Program-made: the position numbers and the translations under genes | In this document: one piece after another, positions 37,528 to 45,178 of the stretch | How positions within the stretch are numbered: the stretch's first letter is position 1 | Layout: each line of letters starts with the position of its first letter | Assembly (NCBI GenBank): GCA_023137595.1 | Contig: JAGLOZ010000002.1 | Coordinates: 1 to 63,358, forward strand | DNA: 63,358 nucleotides | Source of the DNA: Minisyncoccota bacterium | Lineage (GTDB): Bacteria; Patescibacteriota; Minisyncoccia; JAHIHE01; JAGLIN01 | Reading direction: 5' to 3' | Notes under the pieces: model-generated | The model's database searches: none | The model's input: only the letters and a program-made list of their open reading frames with translations | Told to the model about the DNA's origin: nothing

Positions 37528-38082
37528 TCATTGATTGTCTGAATTAGCATTAATTTTTTTCCAGTTATATTTTTCTGCCAGCTCCAGATGAATTTGCCGA
37601 ACCTTCTCAATAAGAATACCGTTATTTTCATGTTTATGATTCTTTTCTATAGAACTGGTAAATCTTTCTCCGTCGAATAAAATTGCTAAATCTTCTTTAT
37701 AAATAAAGGAGTATAGATACTCAAGTATTTCTCTGTCAACTCCCGCTCCAGCGCCTCAAGCCACCGCCGTACCAACATAATTCTCTGCAATAATATTGCT
37801 TCCATCGTTTAGTTTGTTTTTTAAAATCGGCTCAAAAGCAACGCGGTCAGTATAATGTAATAACTGCAACTCGCGCGGGCTAAAATTATTTGGATTGCCG
37901 GCTCTTAAATATTCATTGATTAATTTTCCGGCTGGTTTCAAATCGTAAATCGGATATTTTAAATACTCCGCTTTTATATTTTTTCTACTCAAATAATCCA
38001 CTAACATTTTCGCTTGCGTGGTTTTTCCTAAATTATTTACTCCATATAAAACAATAAGTTTTCCTTTAGATTTATTTTTCAT
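37528..38082 (-). pseudogene. tmk: thymidylate kinase interrupted by one in-frame TGA (37756-37758)
   Basis: P-loop LYGVNNLGKTTQ. The reading frame continues unchanged after the TGA: ...NYVGTAVA[TGA]GAGAGVDREILEYL... for 75 more codons. Combined length is 184 aa. Confidence 0.75.
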
Positions 38083-38153
38083 TTAGTATCTAAAATTCAC
38101 CTGATTATTTTTTAAAATTATATTAATATGATTATAAGAGGTGCAAAAAAATA

Positions 38154-38360
38154 ATGTTACAAGACAAAAAGAGCTTAGAAAGGCTAATAAAATCGGTTCG
38201 CGATTTTTTTATAGCAGCGTCGTGGTTTGTTTTTTGTTGGTCATATACAATTTTATTCTGCATATTGCCAGCATCACAGACAACGAAAATAAAAATTTTA
38301 AAGACAATAGAACCGCTTATCCGCTTTATAACAGACAAGCATCCAAAGATTACAATTTAA
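38154..38360 (+). CDS. possible small membrane protein (68 aa)
   Basis: AAGAGGTG SD about 10 nt upstream of the ATG, and one TM helix. Weak support. Confidence 0.3.
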   Translation: MLQDKKSLERLIKSVRDFFIAASWFVFCWSYTILFCILPASQTTKIKILKTIEPLIRFITDKHPKITI

Positions 38361-38388
38361 ATGGTAGCCTCAAGGTGCTGCGATTTTT

Positions 38389-39843
38389 TTATAATTTTAA
38401 TTCTTCGTCTTGTTTATATTTAATTCCTCGTTTTATCGCCATTTCCGCTTTTTGCAGTTCCGCGCCTAGATCAAACGCGTGAGAAATTTCTGATACCGCG
38501 TCTGCTAATAATAATTTTCTATACATTGAAACAGACGCTTTTTCTTCTGTTCCATTTTGGTGAAATTCCTGTATATATTCGCCTTTTGGCGTATAGTGTT
38601 TTACTATAATATCTTTATTTTCTACGCTGATCATAAAATATCCTCTTGGATCAGTTGCTTCAAATTTTATTTGATTTCCATATTTTTTTACTATTCCTTC
38701 CGCTGTTTGCCATTCATTATCATAGATATGCGAACAATTTGAAAAGATCGTTAGCGTTCCCATTTTTTTTGAAAGCTTGTCCGCTATGTGCTTTTGAACC
38801 GTTCTAAGTCCAAAAGCATTTAAAACCCATCCGGAAAAAATGGCGTGGCTTCTGAAATACGCGGTTAAATTCAACTCATCGCCCAGCGCTGTCGCCTGAA
38901 CTTGAGTCATGCAAGGCGCTCTTTCAGCTTTATGATCGTTTGTCAGATCAAACATCATCGCGATTGCCGCTCTGTCGGTAGGATATTTTTTCAAATAAGG
39001 TATCATCACATCCTCAACTTGATTTATTCCCTTGTAATTCCAAAGTCTTTCTCCATAAGTATAAACTTCATCGCCCTTTTTACCGCTCATTATGTTGGCA
39101 GAATATTTTTCGATATCTTCTTTGCTTACCTGCATAAAAGGAAACATTTTAGGATCTAGCGGATCTTCCTCGGTAACTACTGCCGCGATATTAAAAAGTT
39201 CTTTCACATTTCCGCCGTACCATGTCGGATTTTCAATTCCAAATTTCAAGATCTTTTTCAAGATCTGCAGCCAGACGTTGCCGATATACTTGCCCCTGAC
39301 TTTGAAAACTGATTGATCGGTTGGAAATATTTTTACCTCTTCCTTCTTTGCGTCTGAAAAAACTTGAGGCTCGGAAAACGGCTTGCCGATCGATTTATGG
39401 TCGCTTATTTTCTTCTTTATTTCATTTATATCCTGAACGCCTATTAAATTTTCCAATTTAACATTCTCACGGATTAGAGCTAAAGACTCCTTTGGAATTT
39501 CTTTATGTATTTTAGCAAAATCATTGCCAATAACCAGAAAGTCATCATCAATTCCTTTTTCAAAAAAATCCACAAGCACTTTTCCGCTTCCGGAAAGTTC
39601 TGTCCCACAGACGATCAAATATCTGACTGAAGGCTTGGCAAGAATATTTCTGATTATGAAATTTATTCCCTCTTTTGAATAAAGCTGTCCCGCGACACAA
39701 AAAGAATCAGGATCCAATTCATCCGTAATTTTTTTTGTCGGTGTCCAAAGAGTCGCGATCACTATTTCACTATCAGGATTTCCCAACACCAAATTCTCAT
39801 TTGAACAAACCGGCCAATTTGTTTTTTTGTCACATTTTGACAT
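38389..39843 (-). CDS. thyA: thymidylate synthase (ThyA family), three-domain form: MtrA-like N-domain + ThyA + DUF4346-like C-domain
   Basis: The ThyA core shows ERAPCMTQVQ...YFRSHAIFSGWVLNAFGL...SHIYDNEW. The C-terminal motif is SHAFDLGAELQKAEMA. Confidence 0.75.
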   Translation of the reverse strand: MSKCDKKTNWPVCSNENLVLGNPDSEIVIATLWTPTKKITDELDPDSFCVAGQLYSKEGINFIIRNILAKPSVRYLIVCGTELSGSGKVLVDFFEKGIDDDFLVIGNDFAKIHKEIPKESLALIRENVKLENLIGVQDINEIKKKISDHKSIGKPFSEPQVFSDAKKEEVKIFPTDQSVFKVRGKYIGNVWLQILKKILKFGIENPTWYGGNVKELFNIAAVVTEEDPLDPKMFPFMQVSKEDIEKYSANIMSGKKGDEVYTYGERLWNYKGINQVEDVMIPYLKKYPTDRAAIAMMFDLTNDHKAERAPCMTQVQATALGDELNLTAYFRSHAIFSGWVLNAFGLRTVQKHIADKLSKKMGTLTIFSNCSHIYDNEWQTAEGIVKKYGNQIKFEATDPRGYFMISVENKDIIVKHYTPKGEYIQEFHQNGTEEKASVSMYRKLLLADAVSEISHAFDLGAELQKAEMAIKRGIKYKQDEELKL

Positions 39844-39934
39844 TGCTATATCTATTTTTTATTATTACTATATTCTTATTATATTATTATATCTTCTCCC
39901 ACTTTTATCTGTTTTCATTTATTAGTTTTATAAT

Positions 39935-39957
39935 ACCCCGCTCGCTTGCGACGGGGT
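39935..39957. terminator. GC-rich hairpin ACCCCG-ctcgcttgcga-CGGGGT
   Basis: Lies between the 40115 gene and thyA. Confidence 0.4.
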
Positions 39958-40069
39958 CCCAAGCTGTACAATTAATATGTAAACACTAAACTAAAATTTA
40001 GAGTTCATTGAATCTGTGAATAAGGGAAAGAGTTTAGGGCTTGCACTGAGGTTTAATACCTTTTATTTC

Positions 40070-40117
40070 TAGCCATAGCATCTTTCCATGCGGCCGCATG
40101 GAAAGATGCTATGGCTA
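40070..40117. repeat. family D perfect 48-bp palindrome (NotI-centred), overlapping the stop codon of the 40115 gene
   Basis: tAGCCATAGCATCTTTCCATGCGGCCGCATGGAAAGATGCTATGGCTa, symmetric about 40093/40094. Confidence 0.9.
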
Positions 40118-40639
40118 TATTTCCTCTATTAGAAATAATTTTACATATGAATCAATAGAATGTTTCCTTAAAATAAATTCAGTCTCTTTTTGAACATCAT
40201 AAGGACAAATCCAGATGCTTTGTTGAAGCATTTTATATTTCAGAAGAATAAGTTTTTCTCGCAACAAATTTCTCAAGTATCTTTTTTCTTCAGGAATATC
40301 AAAAATTATCATTTGCCATTTTTTGTCAGGTCTTTTTTTATTATCTTTTATTTTAAGTCTTGCTTTTAGAACTTTTTCTGCTCCTTTTTTGGTTAAAAGA
40401 ATTCCTTCATTTTGTTCTAAATTTTTAATCTTAATATAACCATTTTTCTTTAGATGATAAACTAGTTGAGTAAATTGCTGTTTTGTTTGTTTTTTTCTAT
40501 ACTGATTCTTTAATTCATAAAGAGACGGATAGCAATATTCTTTCATTTTTCTATACGAAAAAACAGTAAAGGTGTTGTCTAATTTCTCAGCATAGCTACA
40601 GACATCTAATAAAAATTTTTCAGTAATCGGAAGTTTCAT
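40115..40639 (-). CDS. wHTH regulator with a PaaX-type (Cas2-like) C-terminal domain
   Basis: N-terminal winged-helix-like segment (QLVYHLKKNGYIKI). C-terminal KKWQMIIFDIPEEKRYLRNLLREKLILLKYKMLQQSIWICPYD matches the W-x-iv-FDIPE...SvW.P pattern of PaaX-family/Cas2-like domains. Confidence 0.6.
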   Translation of the reverse strand: MKLPITEKFLLDVCSYAEKLDNTFTVFSYRKMKEYCYPSLYELKNQYRKKQTKQQFTQLVYHLKKNGYIKIKNLEQNEGILLTKKGAEKVLKARLKIKDNKKRPDKKWQMIIFDIPEEKRYLRNLLREKLILLKYKMLQQSIWICPYDVQKETEFILRKHSIDSYVKLFLIEEI

Positions 40640-40698
40640 TGTGATAATAATTTATTTAATTTTTTAAATCATATAACTTTATTATACACTAGTTCTTG

Positions 40699-40752
40699 AT
40701 ATAGCCATAGCATCTTTCCATGCGGCCGCATGGAAAGATGCTATGGCTATAT
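40699..40752. repeat. family D perfect 54-bp palindrome, 60-113 nt upstream of the 40115-40639 gene
   Basis: atATAGCCATAGCATCTTTCCATGCGGCCGCATGGAAAGATGCTATGGCTATat, symmetric about 40725/40726. A TATAAT box lies about 15-17 nt downstream (gene sense) of its edge. Confidence 0.9.
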
Positions 40753-40848
40753 TTTCATAATCTATCAGTCAAAAGCTACAACGAGTTGTCTAATAGTTAT
40801 AATAAAAAATTATAAATAGTTATTATAAATACGATAAATATTTAGAGT

Positions 40849-41355
40849 TTAATTTCCACCTTTGATCCACCTTTCAATTCTCGGAATAGTGTCTATAAAA
40901 TTTTTGTGTACTTTTATATTTTTCTCAATTATTTCATTCGGTTTTATCCAGATATATTCTTCCACGTCATATTTCCTTTCTGTCTCATCTTCTGATCTTT
41001 TTAACTCTATTTTTTGTCCATCTGGGAATTTTCCGATATATGTTACTATTGGAATAAAAATTTTATTTTCTTTATAAGGATTATCCCCTTCCGCATACGA
41101 AATTCTGACATCAAGCAGTTCTGCGTTATTTTTTTCAATACTGATCCCGACTTCTTCTTCGGTTTCTCTGATCGCGGCATCAATAAATTGCTCTTTTTTG
41201 CCATAATCAACCTCCCCGCCCGGAACGGTCCAGATATCATAACTATTCCTTTCTTTCGCCAGAAGAATTTCGCCTTTGTTATTTACCAACACCAAAGAAC
41301 CGACAAAATATGCCGCTTGAACCGGGAATTCTAGGTCTTTTTGATTCTTTTTCAT
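40849..41355 (-). CDS. NUDIX hydrolase
   Basis: Nudix box GGEVDYGKKEQFIDAAIRETEEEVGI. Confidence 0.8.
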   Translation of the reverse strand: MKKNQKDLEFPVQAAYFVGSLVLVNNKGEILLAKERNSYDIWTVPGGEVDYGKKEQFIDAAIRETEEEVGISIEKNNAELLDVRISYAEGDNPYKENKIFIPIVTYIGKFPDGQKIELKRSEDETERKYDVEEYIWIKPNEIIEKNIKVHKNFIDTIPRIERWIKGGN

Positions 41356-41394
41356 TTATTTGAATTATCTTCAATTATAAAATTAATTAGAAAC

Positions 41395-41859
41395 TGTCAT
41401 TCTGAACTTGTTTCAGAATCTTTTACATGTTAGGTTTTAATTTTCGCTATTTAACGCCATATTTTCATTTACAGTAATTCTAGGTTTTCTTGATTAGTTT
41501 TCATTTGTTTGAGCTAGATTTTAAAAATAAATTTGGTCTTTGATATATACATGAAATACAAGCAGACATCGTGCAAACTGGAGTCCTCGCGAGAGCGAGG
41601 ATGAAATTTCGCAAGATTATTGAATTTCAAAAGAAATATGATATTTCTCCCTGACTGGAATTTATGAATTCAGTTCAGTATCGGGACTTCTTAGTATTAA
41701 AATTCCTTAATAATAATCTATTTTTAATTACAAACAACCGTTTCATCCTAAGCTTGTTTCAATATTTTCGCTGATTTCACGTAATACTATCTAAATGTAA
41801 AATACCGTAGATTCTGAAACAAAGCCTGTGCTGAATTTAGTTCAGTATTCAGAATGACA
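41395..41859. mobile_element. MITE-like element family A with a nested family B insertion
   Basis: Ends tgtcattctgaacttgtttcagaatc / ttcagtattcagaatgaca. The interior has ctatttaacgccatattttcatttacag. A family B copy lies at 41559-41709. Confidence 0.7.
41559..41709. repeat. intergenic repeat family B, nested inside the family A element
   Basis: cagacatcgtgcaaactggagtcctcgcgagagcgagg...gaatttcaaaagaaatatgatatttctccctgact...aaaattcctta. Confidence 0.7.
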
Positions 41860-41994
41860 AATTGGCGCACATCTTCACATCTCTACTAAATCTACCACAT
41901 TTATTGATCTTTTTCAAATAAATAAAGAGATATTGATATTAAAGATACTTGTGTTAAATTAAATACAACATAAAAAAATTTGGGAGAGAAATCA

Positions 41995-42261
41995 ATGCTA
42001 ACAATCTATAAATACCCCGTATCATCTGAAAAATATTTTTCACTTGACATGCCTGCTGGAGCTAAAATACTTTCAGTTCAGGAACAAGATGAAGAAACGC
42101 AAATATGGGCACTTGTAAATCCAGAAAATCAGACAGCAACTAGGGATTTTGCCACTTTCGAAACAGGCGCTTTGATTAGCGAGGAAGAAAGTCGCCTACA
42201 TTTTATTGGAACATATCAAGATTTAAAGGCTGAACCTACAAATGGTTTATCATTTATATGA
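41995..42261 (+). CDS. hypothetical small protein (88 aa; MLTIYKYPV...AGAKILSVQEQ...IWALV), resembling a family I recall from phage genomes
   Basis: GGGAGAG SD 6 nt upstream of ATG 41995. The family resemblance is from memory and unverified. Confidence 0.5.
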   Translation: MLTIYKYPVSSEKYFSLDMPAGAKILSVQEQDEETQIWALVNPENQTATRDFATFETGALISEEESRLHFIGTYQDLKAEPTNGLSFI

Positions 42262-42391
42262 AATAGCTCCGGATTGATATTTTCAAACAGTTTATGCCTC
42301 TCTTTCAATTGAAAGGCTTATTTTTTTTATATAAAAATAAAGGGAATTAATTTCCCTTTTTAAATATTTTTTAGTTTTCTGTTCCAGCTGT

Positions 42392-42754
42392 TTATATCAT
42401 TGTAACAATCTTAGTAACTAGAACAGCGAGAGCTAGACAGGTAATAATTATTCTCGGTCTTAATTTCATCTTACCATAAATGTCCTGTTTATACCAAAAA
42501 TTGCTTGGGTCTTCTATTTTAGCAGAAGAACAACTTGTGTTTTTTAAATATCTTGTTAGACATTTCTTTTTGTCAACGGTAATATATCCTCCAATCTCAA
42601 CACTATCCATAATAGTATGCGATATATTTGTTGCTCCACATAGAATGGTAAGTTCTTCAATGATTTCATTTATTATTTTATATCCTTGTCCATAATATAC
42701 TTTTTCTGGTGGGAAATATGCAATAAACAAAATTCGTATTGGTTCTTTTTTCAA
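42392..42754 (-). CDS. hypothetical tail-anchored protein (120 aa)
   Basis: TTG start with an AAGGAGGT SD 7 nt upstream. C-terminal TM helix. Terminator AAGGGAA-ttaa-TTTCCCTT downstream. Confidence 0.55.
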   Translation of the reverse strand: MKKEPIRILFIAYFPPEKVYYGQGYKIINEIIEELTILCGATNISHTIMDSVEIGGYITVDKKKCLTRYLKNTSCSSAKIEDPSNFWYKQDIYGKMKLRPRIIITCLALAVLVTKIVTMI

Positions 42755-42846
42755 CTAAATTACCTCCTTATAAGAATTTGTATTTTTTGTTAATATATTC
42801 TTTATATCAATAGAAAAGCATACACTTATGAATTATTTTGTCAATA

Positions 42847-42891
42847 GTCAGATTATCGTATGTCAGATTATCGTATGTCAGATTATCGTAG
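42847..42891. repeat. 3 x 15-bp direct repeat gtcagattatcgta(t/g), abutting a -35 box
   Basis: Gene-sense reading: CTACGATAATCTGAC ATACGATAATCTGAC ATACGATAATCTGAC TA-TTGACA-17-TATGCT. This lies upstream of the 42392-42754 gene. Confidence 0.8.
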
Positions 42892-42941
42892 TAATTTATG
42901 TTAGTTTGAGTCTTTTTTGTTATAAAAAATAAAAAAGGGAA

Positions 42942-43397
42942 TTAAATCTTTCCCTCACGAAGGAGTTGATTCAATTCCAATAATTTTGCTGCAAAATTTG
43001 GATATATATTAATATCCCAACTGTCTATTTCTCTCATTGAACATGGAAGAGGCAATAGGACAGTATCAACGATCATGCAGTCCTTCTCTGGCTCCTTATT
43101 CAATACAATATCATTAAGGTTCCATTTTCCAGTGTGAAGATATGATGAAATTAATATGCCAACTCCATCATAAAGATCATATTCTGGCGTTGGTAATATT
43201 AACTGGGGATCTCCAATATGAACAAGATCCTGTTCGCTTAGTTTAAGTCCTGTTTCTTCCCAGACCTCTGCAACTGCTGCCTCTCTTGGATATTGTCCAT
43301 TAAGAACCTTTATTTCTCCTCCTGCAGGGGTATAAATTAGCGCTTCTTCTCTATCTTCTGAAAGAGTAAGAAAGATATTTCCCTTCTCATCAATCAA
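42942..43397 (-). CDS. NUDIX-like hydrolase (degenerate Nudix box)
   Basis: GGEIKVLNGQYPREAAVAEVWEETGL. The frame is open upstream to ATA 43493, which sits 7 nt after an AGGAGG SD (43501-43506). No ATG/GTG/TTG lies between, so the N-terminus is probably 32 aa longer. Confidence 0.6.
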   Translation of the reverse strand: MIDEKGNIFLTLSEDREEALIYTPAGGEIKVLNGQYPREAAVAEVWEETGLKLSEQDLVHIGDPQLILPTPEYDLYDGVGILISSYLHTGKWNLNDIVLNKEPEKDCMIVDTVLLPLPCSMREIDSWDINIYPNFAAKLLELNQLLREGKI

Positions 43398-43557
43398 TGT
43401 GACATTAGCAAACAGATGCCATGCCGATGCTGGATAAGGTCGTTCTCCTAGCGCAGAAGTTAGGTCTGCAAATTGTACATTCTTTTCAGGTATTAAAATT
43501 CCTCCTATACATCTAATAGCAAAGAATATTTTTTATCAATGCCAATTATATTCTATC

Positions 43558-44430
43558 TCAAATCTTAATAATGTCAACTTCCCTGCTTGCCATAACCCTT
43601 TCTCCGTCAAAAACGGACGAGCCGCGAGTGTAAACAACTTTTTTAAATCCGGCCAGTGCGACAAGCTTAGCGCAAGCTGGACATGGAAAATGAGTTACAT
43701 ATAAAATTGTGTCTTTCAAAGAAACTCCATCACGCGCCGCCAAGGAAATAATAGACGCTTCGGCGTGGGTTACAGAGCAAACTTCAGGGTCTTTTCCAGG
43801 TTCAATTGAATCGCGAATACAGCCGATCTTATAACATTCATCTTCAGTGGGAAGCATTCTGTTAAATCCTCGAAAGATCACCTCTCCGTTTTTGACCGCC
43901 ACGGCTCCGACTTGCCTCCACCAGCATTTTGATCTTTCGGCTTCTTCCAGCGCATCCCGCATAAATTTTTGATGTTCTTTCAGTTCTTCTTCTGGCAATT
44001 CTGATGCTTCTTTTTTAAATTCCTGAACCTTGTCGTCAGACCAACGCAATCTGATGTCGTGATATTCAGTAATATCTTTATATTTACTGTCTATAAGATA
44101 CTTATCTGCAAAATCTTCACTCTTATCGCCTTGTAAAATAAATATTTTGTCTGGCTCCAAATCGCTTACAATTTGAGAAAAATTATCTTTCCCAACAGAA
44201 AAATATTCTTTAACGGAAATATAAGAATTAATTATATGCTTTATACCTTCTTCGGAAACTTTTCTGATATCCGGTTCCAAGGATGTTAATTCTTTAATGG
44301 TTTTGTCACTCAAAATTCCAACAAAAAAAACAAGGTTTTCCTCGCCTTTTTTTATTTTATTTAAAAATTCAATATATCCTTTATGAAATACTATAAATTC
44401 ACCAAGTATTAATATCTTTTGTTTTGACAT
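43558..44430 (-). CDS. fusion protein: nucleotidyltransferase-like N-domain + dCMP deaminase
   Basis: N-terminus has ILGEFIVFHKGY (a degenerate HxGH). C-terminus has VTHAEASII...THFPCPACAKL zinc-deaminase motifs. Confidence 0.75.
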   Translation of the reverse strand: MSKQKILILGEFIVFHKGYIEFLNKIKKGEENLVFFVGILSDKTIKELTSLEPDIRKVSEEGIKHIINSYISVKEYFSVGKDNFSQIVSDLEPDKIFILQGDKSEDFADKYLIDSKYKDITEYHDIRLRWSDDKVQEFKKEASELPEEELKEHQKFMRDALEEAERSKCWWRQVGAVAVKNGEVIFRGFNRMLPTEDECYKIGCIRDSIEPGKDPEVCSVTHAEASIISLAARDGVSLKDTILYVTHFPCPACAKLVALAGFKKVVYTRGSSVFDGERVMASREVDIIKI

Positions 44431-44482
44431 AAATAATATTATTTTAATTTCTTAGTCGTATAAAAAAATACAAAGCAAATTT

Positions 44483-44687
44483 TGTCATCCTGAATCCATT
44501 CGACTACCGCTCAGAACAAGCTTATTTCAGGATCTTTTGTAATTTAGGTCTGATCTATTCTATTTAACACTATACTTTCATTTACAACGCACACACAGAT
44601 TATATTAATTTATTCAAACGCTTTGATAATTTATGGATTTGATTAGATGTAAGAGAAAATAGATTCTGAACTAAATTCAGAATGACA
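44483..44687. mobile_element. MITE-like element, family A
   Basis: tgtcatcctgaatccattcgactaccgctcagaacaagcttatttcaggatc ... agattctgaactaaattcagaatgaca. The conserved interior is aacactatactttcatttacaacgca... Confidence 0.75.
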
Positions 44688-44740
44688 TCAACGTGTTTTA
44701 TTAGCTCTAATGCTCTAAAAAGCTAATAATAATCTTATTG

Positions 44741-45178
44741 TCATCCAATCGGAAAATTAATTACTTTCGCGTTCTTGTTTTTATCAAGTTCAGGAACAAT
44801 AAGATGAAAATGCAGATGACAAACAGTAGCTCCGGTAAATTCCGTATCGCCGAACCTCAAACTCAATGCTCCTCCTTTTATTTTATATTTTTTGATCGCC
44901 CAATTCGCCAGATCAGAGACTATTTTGAAATCAGAAATTTCCAGCTCATCAAATTCCTCCTTGTGTTTTTCTGAAATGATCAAAAAATGAAATTTCGCGT
45001 TTTCATAGGGCCAGCTATTTTTAGTTATAAACCAATTTTTATAAGTTTTAAGAACTTTTTTCTTGTGATATTTGAAATTTTCTTTGCAAAATGGACATTT
45101 GGCGGTATTTTCTATAGTTTCCAAAGTTTTTTTATAATCTTCGGATTTTGCGTGTTTTTTGTCAACTACCTTTTTCAT
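44741..45178 (-). CDS. HIT family protein
   Basis: Histidine triad CHLHFHLIVP. N-terminal CPFC. Overlaps the upstream gene by 4 bp. Confidence 0.75.
   Translation of the reverse strand: MKKVVDKKHAKSEDYKKTLETIENTAKCPFCKENFKYHKKKVLKTYKNWFITKNSWPYENAKFHFLIISEKHKEEFDELEISDFKIVSDLANWAIKKYKIKGGALSLRFGDTEFTGATVCHLHFHLIVPELDKNKNAKVINFPIG

Noticed and set aside
37756-37758. Alternative genetic code (TGA as Trp or Gly, or TAG as sense) to explain the in-frame stops in tmk and the CYTH gene.
   Set aside because: TGA ends dut directly after its conserved C-terminal motif, and it also ends tmk itself and the Cys-rich ORF. TAG ends rpsB, metK, rplK and nusG at normal lengths. The tRNA-Trp in the window has anticodon CCA. 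Two different stop codons would have to be reassigned.
42847-42891. Possible CRISPR array (also considered: the 38-nt duplication at about 13826-13903 and the tandem words at 29871-29905 and 49641-49677).
   Set aside because: All are contiguous tandem repeats with no spacers and only 2-4 units of 8-38 nt. No cas genes are present in the window; the Cas2-like fold of the 40115 gene belongs to a PaaX-type regulator context.
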